Notes: generated by a model from the sequence alone, not told the origin. Numbered from the stretch's first letter, positions 19,928 to 28,626 are shown. The stretch: 64,000 nt of DNA from an uncultured virus (IMG/VR IMGVR_UViG_3300044717_000012) (IMGVR_UViG_3300044717_000012); one strand, 5' to 3'. A program made the numbers and translations.

Positions 19928-20212
19928 ATGCCAGTCTGGCACGCAAGCGTAAGTATGCGGGATGCACTAGGGCAGCTGATGCGCTCACCCACGCAATTAG
20001 AGCGCATCGCTATTGAGGCTTGTGACGGCGTGGGCAACAACCGTGAATGGTGGTTCTGGAATCGTGACCCGCGCAGTCTCATCGGTCATCTGCGAGTCGG
20101 TGTGACACTCGATGAATACGCGCAGCTGGGCTACTATGTTGCCAAAGGGGACGCCGGCCCGGCCGGATCAGAGCGCCCGCGGCGTTATCACCCGAAAGTG
20201 GGAGCGAAATGA
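19928..20212 (+). CDS. Hypothetical protein
   Basis: PVWHASVS...GVG..REWW..HLRVGVT..E. Confidence 0.65.
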   Translation: MPVWHASVSMRDALGQLMRSPTQLERIAIEACDGVGNNREWWFWNRDPRSLIGHLRVGVTLDEYAQLGYYVAKGDAGPAGSERPRRYHPKVGAK

Positions 20213-20418
20213 CTAACGAACCAATCACCAATGAGCCTTACGATAAAACCGAGTGGTGCTCATTTACCGGACCTCACCCAAATGATGGTGAGGTTACCTA
20301 CCACGATAATGAGCATGAGGCCCATTTGTTCGCCAACATGGCACCGCACCGCAAGCTAGCTAAGCGTGTCGTGCACTACCCGGCATGGGAAATCCTCGAT
20401 GACCAACCACTACGTTAG
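20209..20418 (+). CDS. Hypothetical protein
   Basis: SD GGGAG, ATGA coupling. Confidence 0.6.
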   Translation: MTNEPITNEPYDKTEWCSFTGPHPNDGEVTYHDNEHEAHLFANMAPHRKLAKRVVHYPAWEILDDQPLR

Positions 20419-20583
20419 TTAGGGGCAACACCTACGCGGGTACTCAGCCTCAACACTTGGTCCACTCACCAATGAGCGCTTTGATGATCTGTTCCCTAGT
20501 CACCAAATCAATCTGATCGATCCGCTGATCAGCTGGGCTATCCTCATCAGTCTTGTTATCGTCAAGCTGGTTTATCGGATTCA

Positions 20584-20931
20584 TCACGGCATGATGATAC
20601 CGGGTGGCTGTGCCCCGCTGTTGCCGCCATTGTTAGCTGTGGTGAGTAGCCGAGTACGCTCAGCCATCAAGCCCTTGATCTGCTCGTTTACGACGTTCTC
20701 AATAGCAGATGCCGGCGCACCGATCGGGACGATAAACGTCCGCTGCAGGTATGCGCCCAGCATGTGCAGCGCAGCGCAGTGGACGTAGCAGACATAAGAC
20801 GTGATCGGTCCGTTGGGTGTAGGGACTATCGCCCAATTGATATCCCATACCAGATCCTCGCCCCAGGATGCCTTCTCAATTGCTTCTGCAAACACCGGCC
20901 GAATAGACGCGATGAGCTCAGTCACTGCCAT
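20584..20931 (-). CDS. Hypothetical protein
   Basis: 115 aa, SD GGAG. Confidence 0.65.
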   Translation of the reverse strand: MAVTELIASIRPVFAEAIEKASWGEDLVWDINWAIVPTPNGPITSYVCYVHCAALHMLGAYLQRTFIVPIGAPASAIENVVNEQIKGLMAERTRLLTTANNGGNSGAQPPGIIMP

Positions 20932-20986
20932 GTGGAGATCTCCAGTCCTGCCGGTGCCATCAGGAAACAGCGAGGGTACCGCATCA

Positions 20987-21205
20987 TCATCCCCGCCGGC
21001 CTAGCTTTTTCCGCGCCCGGCCCAGCTCCCCCGCCAGCGCCGTTGTCATAGCCCCTGGCACCGCTGGCACGCCCGTGCGCTCAGCCTCATCAGTCAGTTT
21101 GCGCAGCTGCGCCCGCGAGCTCGTGAGGGTCGCCAGCGCCGTGATGAGACCGGTCAACGCGGACAGCGAGGGGATCACCGCGGCGGCTACATCTCCCACG
21201 CTCAC
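20987..21205 (-). CDS. Small single-TM protein
   Basis: N-terminal hydrophobic helix, coupled to 4-TM gene. Confidence 0.55.
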   Translation of the reverse strand: MSVGDVAAAVIPSLSALTGLITALATLTSSRAQLRKLTDEAERTGVPAVPGAMTTALAGELGRARKKLGRRG

Positions 21206-21627
21206 GGGGTGCCTCCTGCCGTGGGTAACGTTGCGTAAACTCGGGTCAAGCCCTGCACGTAATGCCGGATCTGGCGCGTCCGGTCAAAATTCACGACTGC
21301 AAACAGGATCAACGTTAATGCCACATAGGCGACGTGGCCAAACGTGCTGGTGCGGATGCCGGCAATGATAAAAGCCAGCGCGTACGCCATGATGAGCCCT
21401 GTCATAAACAACAGTGCCGCGCGCTCTATTATAAGGGATAAGTTTGTGAACATCATTTCCCCGACAATGGCGACAGCCGCGCTCAGCAGGAGACCGACAT
21501 ACCAGATCAATCGCGCCCAGAATGGAAACGTGGCAGTGACCACACCCTCATTGGTCAATCCGAACTGAATAGCGAAAGCCATGGTGAGTAACAGCAGAAA
21601 GACCTCGTAGTAATTGCGCGAGTGCAT
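21202..21627 (-). CDS. Four-TM membrane protein (holin-like)
   Basis: Four hydrophobic segments; layout like 23630-24064. Confidence 0.65.
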   Translation of the reverse strand: MHSRNYYEVFLLLLTMAFAIQFGLTNEGVVTATFPFWARLIWYVGLLLSAAVAIVGEMMFTNLSLIIERAALLFMTGLIMAYALAFIIAGIRTSTFGHVAYVALTLILFAVVNFDRTRQIRHYVQGLTRVYATLPTAGGTP

Positions 21628-21629
21628 CC

Positions 21630-21731
21630 CTATTCCTTTACCATGGAATTGATAGACTTTAGCATGACTTTACGCACGACGATTGTTCCCCCTATCAATA
21701 CAATGGCGGCTATTGCAATCCACTTTACCAT
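21630..21731 (-). CDS. 33-aa single-TM peptide
   Basis: Hand translation MVKWIAIAAIVLIGGTIVVRKVMLKSINSMVKE, SD GAAAGGGA. Confidence 0.5.
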   Translation of the reverse strand: MVKWIAIAAIVLIGGTIVVRKVMLKSINSMVKE

Positions 21732-21789
21732 TCCCTTTCTCCATTCTTTGCCATTCCGTGCTATTCACCCCGGCTGCATACCGACTGCA

Positions 21790-22115
21790 TAAAGTGTGAT
21801 CCACTATTCGCATAAACCGCTGGAGAGAGAAATGCCGGAGACAGGCGGGTCTCCAAATGTTAATCCCTAAAAAAGAATTGCAATGATCAACTTTGCATGT
21901 GCAATTACTTATTATTCATATGATCATGTACATATACAATATGACCACATGATTAGCACATGCAATTATTATTTATTCATTTGATGATGCTATTTGCCAT
22001 TGCAACCAATCGTGTACACGAGCTCGTGTTGATTGTGTGTACACACATCATGCATTAGTATCACATGCATGAATGAATAACCAATCACACACATGAATAG
22101 AACAATCACACATAC
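21790..22115. other. AT-rich non-coding region, candidate cos/packaging (genome end) region
   Basis: Very low GC; imperfect repeats TGCAATTA(C/T)T..TATTCAT near 21899 and 21961; between HNH and terminase genes. Confidence 0.5.
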
Positions 22116-22119
22116 AGCC

Positions 22120-22148
22120 TTGACAGACTAAGTCAGATCTGACATACT
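22120..22148 (+). promoter_or_regulatory. Sigma70-type promoter with palindromic operator, copy 1
   Basis: TTGACA-17-CATACT, 6 nt before ATG 22155; palindrome GTCAGATCTGAC 22132-22143. Confidence 0.8.
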
Positions 22149-22154
22149 TATTGT

Positions 22155-22376
22155 ATGGCATCGAGGACAACATCACTCAGACCCACCACCCGTAGCAAGC
22201 AGAGTAGTAAGAACATCAAGGTACTAGGCCGTAAGGTATCCCTACTCAGGCTACTAGGTATCATCTTCCTCATTGGCCTACTCACCCATAGGGTGCTCAG
22301 CATCGCAGTGCTACTAGTACCTGATGACTCAGCCTGGCATGGTGTGCTCCACATCATCACCGCATACCTGCTCTAG
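22155..22376 (+). CDS. Small basic membrane protein
   Basis: Leaderless start behind strong promoter; hydrophobic C-half. Confidence 0.6.
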   Translation: MASRTTSLRPTTRSKQSSKNIKVLGRKVSLLRLLGIIFLIGLLTHRVLSIAVLLVPDDSAWHGVLHIITAYLL

Positions 22377-22386
22377 GCTGGCCTGC

Positions 22387-22572
22387 ATGCAGCCTGCACC
22401 ACCTACCATGCCCTGCCCTACCTGCTACCTACGCACACGAACACCGGCACAGATGCTGTTATCAGCATTGGCCAATGGAAACAACTACCGCCAAGGCAGC
22501 AGCTACTGCCCTACCTGCAGTCATCACTGGTACACGAACACCTACACGTGGTACTACGTACAACCCATCTAG
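22387..22572 (+). CDS. Small CxxC...CxxC protein
   Basis: CPTC...CPTC. Confidence 0.45.
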   Translation: MQPAPPTMPCPTCYLRTRTPAQMLLSALANGNNYRQGSSYCPTCSHHWYTNTYTWYYVQPI

Positions 22573-22573
22573 G

Positions 22574-22834
22574 ATGGCCTGCATGGGTGTCAGGTGGCTA
22601 CGGCAGGGAACACCACGGCACTACTGCGACCTACCCTGCAAGGCTCATCCTGGCGCCGTAGTGCAGTGCGTCGACTGCCGGCGCCGTTGGTCGGCAGTCC
22701 GAGATAGCGTGGATCAACTGCGCTGGTACCGCCGGTACTGGCTATGGCCACGCGAGAGACCACATCCGGGTGACTGGATCACGTCGGTAGACCAACCGCC
22801 CAGCGAACCTGCCACACCGCGGCGCGAGCTCTAG
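22574..22834 (+). CDS. Small zinc-ribbon-like protein
   Basis: HYCDLP...G.VVQCVDCRRRW...W.R.YW.WPR. Confidence 0.6.
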   Translation: MACMGVRWLRQGTPRHYCDLPCKAHPGAVVQCVDCRRRWSAVRDSVDQLRWYRRYWLWPRERPHPGDWITSVDQPPSEPATPRREL

Positions 22835-22843
22835 GATGGCCGC

Positions 22844-23161
22844 ATGTCCGGTACTTTCCTGCACCATGGTCCGATCGAGCACCGTTGTGAGATGCCGCCG
22901 GGTGGGCACATGGGCGATGTCTGGCGGTGCGACTGCGGGCGCCGTTGGTACTGCTGGTCAGCCCGTACAGAACGCGTAGGTGGCGGGTACCTAGTCGGGC
23001 CGCACTGGCGCCGTAGCTATTGGCCGTGGCCTCGAAAAGCACGCACTAAGTGGGTTAACCTGCCAGAATCAGGAAATCACTTTGAGCCGGTAGTCGAACC
23101 CATCACACCACCGCGAGGATCTGGCGCAGGCAGTCAGGGCAACCGCTCTAATTGCGAGTAG
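22844..23161 (+). CDS. Small zinc-ribbon-like protein (paralog of previous)
   Basis: HRCEMP...GDVWRCDCGRRW...WRRSYWPWPR. Confidence 0.65.
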   Translation: MSGTFLHHGPIEHRCEMPPGGHMGDVWRCDCGRRWYCWSARTERVGGGYLVGPHWRRSYWPWPRKARTKWVNLPESGNHFEPVVEPITPPRGSGAGSQGNRSNCE

Positions 23162-23633
23162 ATGGCGGGTCAGGCACATCAGGCAATGCCTTTTCTACAG
23201 TAGTACCGATATCATCAACAGTAATACCGATATCATCAACTGTAGTACCCATGTCCCTAACAGTAGTTCCCATCACATTGACCCGTTTCAGCAATTCCGC
23301 AATCTGTCGCCTAGCAATATCCTGATCAGTCTGCAACTCAGCCACAATCGCAGCTATGCGCATATTCTCAGTATGTGCTAGACGCAGTTGTTCAGTGAGA
23401 CGCAATACATCATTGTCGTGACTGGTCTCACTAGCCACACTCCGTTGGCCAAGAATCTCTATTTGCTTCTGCAATTGATCAACCAGTACCCCCGCTGAGG
23501 TAACCAACTTGGCATCAGTATCCACATTTGTCTCACGCAGCACAGTACGGCGATTGAACAAATAAATAACCAGCGGCACTACTGCACCAGTCATGACCGC
23601 TCCCAAGAAAGGCAGTAGTGTCTCAGAATTCAC
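23148..23633 (-). CDS. Single-TM coiled-coil protein
   Basis: N-terminal TM, coiled coil, (M/I)GTTV.D heptad repeated four times. Confidence 0.7.
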   Translation of the reverse strand: MNSETLLPFLGAVMTGAVVPLVIYLFNRRTVLRETNVDTDAKLVTSAGVLVDQLQKQIEILGQRSVASETSHDNDVLRLTEQLRLAHTENMRIAAIVAELQTDQDIARRQIAELLKRVNVMGTTVRDMGTTVDDIGITVDDIGTTVEKALPDVPDPPSTRN

Positions 23634-24064
23634 GAATTCTCAATCTTCTGCCGACTGTTGGAATGTCGCACCATGAATAATACGCGAGACATCATGACCA
23701 CGGAGATACCGATATATCCGATACCTGATACCAGCCCTTGCGTACCGAGACCAATCATAATAGCCAGGCCGTAGAACATGGCACCCAACGCGGTACCTAA
23801 CGAACCAAAGGTCTCACATATCGCATCATGGGTGACAAAACCATAGAGAATCACCGCGGCACTGACAACCAACTCAGCACCCAGCGCACGAATAGTTAGA
23901 TCGCCACCCACATAATCAAATGATTTTGCAGCATGACGGCCGAACACGAGTGCTGACAATCCAGCCAGGAGAAGTGTGCTCGGAAGGATAAACAATGTCT
24001 GCGTACGCGTCAGCCAATGGTAACCACGGAGAAGAAACACTGGCTGTTTCTGTTCCGTCATCAT
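23630..24064 (-). CDS. Four-TM membrane protein (holin-like)
   Basis: Four hydrophobic segments, downstream of peptidase. Confidence 0.65.
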   Translation of the reverse strand: MMTEQKQPVFLLRGYHWLTRTQTLFILPSTLLLAGLSALVFGRHAAKSFDYVGGDLTIRALGAELVVSAAVILYGFVTHDAICETFGSLGTALGAMFYGLAIMIGLGTQGLVSGIGYIGISVVMMSRVLFMVRHSNSRQKIENS

Positions 24065-24073
24065 AAATTCTCC

Positions 24074-24631
24074 CTATCCACCAGGACGTGTAACCGCGGG
24101 ATTCTGCGACTCAATCCGTTTGTATAGATCCGCGGGTGATACCAGATTCGGATCCTGCCCGTTGACCTCAACTAGGATACCAGCATGTGCGTAGCAATCC
24201 GCCACCAATGCTGAGCACACCCGCCATTGATCCTGGCGGAATACACTGTCCAATTGAGTGCCTGAACGTAGATGCAGCAATTCTAGACCGAAACCTACAT
24301 ATGCCGGCCAGTCATAGGGAGTGCCTACCAGCGCGTAGGCCCGGGCAATGATAGCCATCCGCGCATTCTCACTAATTACTTCACGGCTGTTCCACACCGA
24401 CTCTGGATAGATGTAAGCCGGCACAATATCGGCTACTGGCGGCACACCCTGCACCATCTGCCCATTGCCAATATAAACGAATGCGTGGCCAGCCCACGAG
24501 TTTGTGGCATGGCGGATCAACGCACCAGTCATGCCGGCACCGTGTGACACCCCGAAACATCCGGCAGTGACCACCTCACCATCATGTGAGGTGAACGGCG
24601 CCAGGTCGGACAGCTGTGCTGGACTGGGCAC
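24074..24631 (-). CDS. Permuted papain-like NlpC/P60 (YiiX/YebB-type) hydrolase
   Basis: His (GHAFVY) precedes GTPYDW and catalytic Cys (VCSALVADCY), VSPADL. Confidence 0.75.
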   Translation of the reverse strand: MPSPAQLSDLAPFTSHDGEVVTAGCFGVSHGAGMTGALIRHATNSWAGHAFVYIGNGQMVQGVPPVADIVPAYIYPESVWNSREVISENARMAIIARAYALVGTPYDWPAYVGFGLELLHLRSGTQLDSVFRQDQWRVCSALVADCYAHAGILVEVNGQDPNLVSPADLYKRIESQNPAVTRPGG

Positions 24632-24656
24632 GTCACTACCTCCGCGAGTCTAGGGG

Positions 24657-24685
24657 TTGACAAACTAAGTCAGATCTGACATAGT
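24657..24685 (+). promoter_or_regulatory. Sigma70-type promoter with palindromic operator, copy 2
   Basis: TTGACA-17-CATAGT; 27/29 identical to 22120-22148; GTCAGATCTGAC 24669-24680. Confidence 0.8.
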
Positions 24686-24692
24686 AGGAGCT

Positions 24693-25925
24693 ATGACCAC
24701 GACAACAACCCGCCAGCTCAGAGAATACCAGCAAGAGGGCTACGATGCCGTGTTAGCCGAGTGGGCACAAGGCATCAATCGCACCGTAGTCGTACACGCC
24801 ACGGGGCTAGGCAAAACTGACATCATCGCCAAACTGTGCACCGATGAGGCACTAGCCGGCGGCCGACCCATGGTCATAGCGCACCGCTCAGAGCCTCTGG
24901 ATCAGTTCGTGGCCCGGGTAGCGCAGTATGCAGCCATCCCGGTAGGCCGCATCCAGGCTGGCCTCAATGAGACTCACTGCCGCATCCTCGCCGCATCGGT
25001 GCAGACGTTGTGCCGGCCCAAGCGGATGGCCAGCTGCCCGAAACCCACCATGCTGATCATCGATGAGTGCCATCACGCAATGGCTGATTCCTACTGGGAT
25101 ATCATGCAGTGGGCTGGTTGTTTCGAGGGCCACGGTACCCGCACCGTTGGGTTTACCGCCACCCTGTACCGCGCGGATGGCCAGGCATTCGACCCGCTGT
25201 TCTCCAGCGTTGCAGATGTCAAGGGCATTGATTGGGCCATCGAGCACGGCTGGTTGGTCGAACCATACGGCCGGGTCATCAAGCTGCGCCAGTCACTCGA
25301 TCACATCCGCACCGTGGCCGGGGATCTTTCCGCCAGCGGCGTGGGCAACGTCATCGAGCAAGACGCACGGCGAATCGTCAAAGGCTGGCTGCGCGAGGCT
25401 GACAACCGCATCACGGTCGCCTTCGCACCCACCATCGAGAGTGCTAACGTGTTGGTAGATGCTTTCCTGGCAGCTAGCGTGGCCGCTGAGCTCGTGATCG
25501 GGTCAACCCCGCACGAGGATCGCAGCGCCATCTACAAGCGCCTGGCGGCCGGTGAGACTCGCGTGATGGTCAACGTAGGCGTGGCCACTGAGGCTTGGGA
25601 TTGCCCCGCAGTGTCCTGCGTACTCATCGCCCGGATGACCCAATCAGCGGGCCTCTATGAGCAGATGGTAGGCCGCGGGCTGCGTCTAGCCGATGGCAAG
25701 ACAGACTGTCTGGTGCTCGATGTGGTCGGCGTGACGCGCAAGTTCGAGCTCGTGACCCTGATCGATATCCGCAACGCGCGCTACCGCAGCATGCCAGAGA
25801 TGCCCCGCAATGGTGCCCGACCAGCCAAGCGTCATTGGTGGCAGCGCACGAACTACTCAGACGTAGGCCTCCTGCCTACCCCCAGCTTTGGCCGCCGCGT
25901 TCTCGATTTCATCAGAGGAAAGTGA
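24693..25925 (+). CDS. SF2 DExH helicase (ResIII/Irc3-like), copy 1
   Basis: LREYQ, TGLGKT, DECH, TAT, TEAWD.P, QMVGRGLR. Confidence 0.9.
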   Translation: MTTTTTRQLREYQQEGYDAVLAEWAQGINRTVVVHATGLGKTDIIAKLCTDEALAGGRPMVIAHRSEPLDQFVARVAQYAAIPVGRIQAGLNETHCRILAASVQTLCRPKRMASCPKPTMLIIDECHHAMADSYWDIMQWAGCFEGHGTRTVGFTATLYRADGQAFDPLFSSVADVKGIDWAIEHGWLVEPYGRVIKLRQSLDHIRTVAGDLSASGVGNVIEQDARRIVKGWLREADNRITVAFAPTIESANVLVDAFLAASVAAELVIGSTPHEDRSAIYKRLAAGETRVMVNVGVATEAWDCPAVSCVLIARMTQSAGLYEQMVGRGLRLADGKTDCLVLDVVGVTRKFELVTLIDIRNARYRSMPEMPRNGARPAKRHWWQRTNYSDVGLLPTPSFGRRVLDFIRGK

Positions 25926-25932
25926 GACACCC

Positions 25933-26151
25933 ATGGCAAAGACCAGAACACAAATTATCAGACAACTATCTACGGATGACACCATCGAATTACTGCAATG
26001 GTTTACCGAGTCATATCATGACGGATGGCGTCCAACCATCCAATCCCACGTGGAGGGAATATCCGGCCGAATCAACACCCCTACACAACACGCACTGTGC
26101 CTTAAAGCAAAAAAGTTATTACAACAAATCAATGAGAATGAGTGCAGATAA
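25933..26151 (+). CDS. Hypothetical protein
   Basis: Operon position. Confidence 0.55.
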   Translation: MAKTRTQIIRQLSTDDTIELLQWFTESYHDGWRPTIQSHVEGISGRINTPTQHALCLKAKKLLQQINENECR

Positions 26152-26161
26152 GAGGTAACTG

Positions 26162-26413
26162 ATGTTCCGCACTACTCACGTCCGGGCGGTTGTGGCTGAA
26201 CTGCTCAAGACACCTGATGCTGAGCACTACGGCGGTGAGCTCAAGACTGCGCTAGACCTCAATACCAGTGTGGTCTACGGGATCCTGAGCAGACTGACCG
26301 ATCACGGCTACCTGACTGATCTGGGTATGCGTCCGTCAGAGACAGGCGGCTCGCCCCGGCACGCCTACCGGGTAGCTGACATCGAGGGGTTACGCACACT
26401 GCTCAGCCTGTAG
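26162..26413 (+). CDS. PadR-like winged-helix regulator
   Basis: EHYGGEL...VYGILSRL...GYL...PRHAYRV. Confidence 0.8.
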   Translation: MFRTTHVRAVVAELLKTPDAEHYGGELKTALDLNTSVVYGILSRLTDHGYLTDLGMRPSETGGSPRHAYRVADIEGLRTLLSL

Positions 26414-26837
26414 TAGGTACGGTAATGAAATGCGCAGCTTTGGATAGCCGGCTCCACCCGATGCAGGTGAGCTCTGGTACTTCTGTAAAATTGATACAGC
26501 CAGTCAGGTAGTCCGGGGTCATACCGAGCTCATCAGCCATCGTGGCGTGTACACGCTCTGCAATTTCAAGAGCGTTCTCCGTAGTGGTAGGTGTAGTACT
26601 GCGTCGGACGCCACTGGCACGCATGCGGAAATCCAGCACTTTGCGCATGACATCGGCAACATCACCCAGCAATGGCGCACCCTCTAATGTCTCTGGTGGC
26701 AGTCGCCCATAGAGCCCGCGCAATACATACCATGTACCGCCATCACCCGTGCCGTATAGAACCTGCCATTGACGCAATGAATCATCCATCAGCTGCCCCG
26801 AACTGATAAATAAACTGCGCAATTCTTGGATTCCCAC
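26403..26837 (-). CDS. Hypothetical protein
   Basis: 144 aa ORF. Confidence 0.55.
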   Translation of the reverse strand: MGIQELRSLFISSGQLMDDSLRQWQVLYGTGDGGTWYVLRGLYGRLPPETLEGAPLLGDVADVMRKVLDFRMRASGVRRSTTPTTTENALEIAERVHATMADELGMTPDYLTGCINFTEVPELTCIGWSRLSKAAHFITVPTTG

Positions 26838-27016
26838 AATTTGCGTAATCCGTCCGCGAGGTCAGGGTCATCCGGCAATACCTCTACCAGCCAGAGGCCC
26901 AGCGTGTAGTATTTATCGGCAACATCACGGGGGATAGCCGATAGCTTCGGGTTAGGCTCTAGCCTCCGCAATGCTGCCTGGGTGGCTGGGTGTCGCCCGG
27001 TGATGTCCAGTGCCAT
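26789..27016 (-). CDS. Small helical-hairpin phage protein
   Basis: GRHPAT...LPD.PDL..GLRKLWESKNCAV. Confidence 0.7.
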   Translation of the reverse strand: MALDITGRHPATQAALRRLEPNPKLSAIPRDVADKYYTLGLWLVEVLPDDPDLADGLRKLWESKNCAVYLSVRGS

Positions 27017-27026
27017 GGCCAGGATC

Positions 27027-27332
27027 CTATCCGTGGTGCGGGCTGCGGTGGTCGCGGGTGGCCGGCGGTGGGGCAGTCGTGATGTGCGGGTCGGTGTGCT
27101 CTGCAGCAACATGGCGCAGGCCCATCATGCGCCCACGCGGCGCGTGCGGGACCTCATCGGTCGCGGTGGTCTGCCCGCTGTCCTCATCCGCGTCATTGGC
27201 GTAGAGGGCAGCCAGTTGCTGTTGAGCCTCGCTCTTGCTGCCGTGACAGCCCATCGTCGCGCCGCCTTCCGCGAGGACAGCCCATTGACTAGCACCACAC
27301 GTGCCGCCACCTTGGCTGATCGAGTACGGCAT
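27027..27332 (-). CDS. Conserved phage hypothetical protein
   Basis: MPY.I...C...W.V...GCH.S..EA.QQLAALYAN; SD GGAGGG. Confidence 0.7.
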   Translation of the reverse strand: MPYSISQGGGTCGASQWAVLAEGGATMGCHGSKSEAQQQLAALYANDADEDSGQTTATDEVPHAPRGRMMGLRHVAAEHTDPHITTAPPPATRDHRSPHHG

Positions 27333-27344
27333 AGCTCACCCTCC

Positions 27345-27396
27345 ATACCTGACATTAAGCCTTGACATGGTGCACGGACACAGATAGGATTAGGCC
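27345..27396 (+). promoter_or_regulatory. Leaderless sigma70 promoter (TTGACATGGT family)
   Basis: TTGACA 27362-17-TAGGAT-6-ATG; upstream box shared with 28284. Confidence 0.75.
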
Positions 27397-27621
27397 ATGG
27401 CCGAAAACGCAAAAACAGTCACTGTGACCACCACCCAGCGCACCGGGCTCCCCCGCTTTACGATCGAATTTTCCACACTACCGGGCCGGGTATTCGGACC
27501 GCACAACTTCACCGAAACAGCACACGATCTCCACGTCGCCGGCCTGTTACCCCTCGCAGACGCGCGCAACCTCATCCTCGATGCCCACAGCCAGGGCAGC
27601 GCAACCCGCGCGGTTGGGTAA
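27397..27621 (+). CDS. Hypothetical protein
   Basis: Directly behind promoter. Confidence 0.65.
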   Translation: MAENAKTVTVTTTQRTGLPRFTIEFSTLPGRVFGPHNFTETAHDLHVAGLLPLADARNLILDAHSQGSATRAVG

Positions 27622-27662
27622 CCGCCCATATACCAGCCGAATAACTGAGATAGGGTTAGGAT

Positions 27663-27887
27663 ATGACAGCGACTCCAGAGACCGCCCCGGGCACACTACT
27701 GTCTTGGTCTCTCAAACAACACCGACCAGCTTACTACTCCAACAAAAATAATCATTGGAGAGCTAGCTGTGATCGGCATCTGAATCTCTACACGAGTGAT
27801 GAACTACGGGACAGAGGCTATCCTGTACCCCGTAATCGCACGATCAAGATCTGCCGGCGGTGCTTTCCCGCCAGCCCAACCGCGTAG
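27663..27887 (+). CDS. Small Cys-containing protein (C..CRRC)
   Basis: TAGGGT-6-ATG leaderless start. Confidence 0.6.
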   Translation: MTATPETAPGTLLSWSLKQHRPAYYSNKNNHWRASCDRHLNLYTSDELRDRGYPVPRNRTIKICRRCFPASPTA

Positions 27888-28268
27888 CTACCAGCGCCGC
27901 GAGGTGATCGGATCTGACAGCGCAGCGGCAATGCCCGTTAGGCCAGTTGCAGTGTTCGGTCGGACACCACGGCGCACCGCGCGGCGCAGCTGGTTGGACA
28001 ACCTGGCGTTGCAGCCGTAGTGACACGGCGCGAGGTTGGCCGGATCGAGCGGGTGGCCGCCCATCCATAGCTCTGTGATGTGGTGTGCGGTCGGGGCCAT
28101 CCGGTGCCGCGGTGCGATCCTGCCCAACGCGTAGTTGATCGGTTGCCGGCAGCCGTAGCAAGGCGTCCCGCTGGCCTCACCGGCAGCCAGACAGGCAGCA
28201 CGAGCCCGCCGGTAAGCGGATCCCTTGTGGCCGGCGGTAGGGCTGAACACACGCCCGATAGCGAGCAC
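27888..28268 (-). CDS. HNH endonuclease (packaging-associated type)
   Basis: CYGC..PINY, T.HHI.EL..GGHPLD.ANLAPCHYGCN. Confidence 0.85.
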   Translation of the reverse strand: MLAIGRVFSPTAGHKGSAYRRARAACLAAGEASGTPCYGCRQPINYALGRIAPRHRMAPTAHHITELWMGGHPLDPANLAPCHYGCNARLSNQLRRAVRRGVRPNTATGLTGIAAALSDPITSRRW

Positions 28269-28283
28269 CCACCTCACCCCCTT

Positions 28284-28335
28284 ATACCTGGCATAAAGTC
28301 TTGACATGGTGCGGGTGCAGGCATATCCTTAGATC
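28284..28335 (+). promoter_or_regulatory. Leaderless sigma70 promoter (TTGACATGGT family)
   Basis: TTGACA 28301-17-TATCCT-6-ATG. Confidence 0.75.
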
Positions 28336-28626
28336 ATGACCGCAGCCACGCAAGCCGCCACCCGCACCGCTACTCGGCACTTCTGCTCACTGGACATCTC
28401 GCCGCGGTGCGTCAAGGGTGATGGCAAAGGCCCGGCATCGGGCAAGTGCCGCCATTGCGGAGGCAAGATCTACACCGCCCGCGGTCTGTGGGGCGTATTC
28501 ACGTGGACGGGTACCGGCCGCTACCCCGCGGCAGACGCTAAGCGCACCTACGTTCGTCAGGGTGCAGCGGAGAGCTGGGCGACCGCGAACGGTACTGAGC
28601 TCGTGATCCGTTGGATTCCGAGCTAG
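28336..28626 (+). CDS. Hypothetical Cys-containing protein
   Basis: Directly behind promoter; CRHCGG. Confidence 0.65.
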   Translation: MTAATQAATRTATRHFCSLDISPRCVKGDGKGPASGKCRHCGGKIYTARGLWGVFTWTGTGRYPAADAKRTYVRQGAAESWATANGTELVIRWIPS

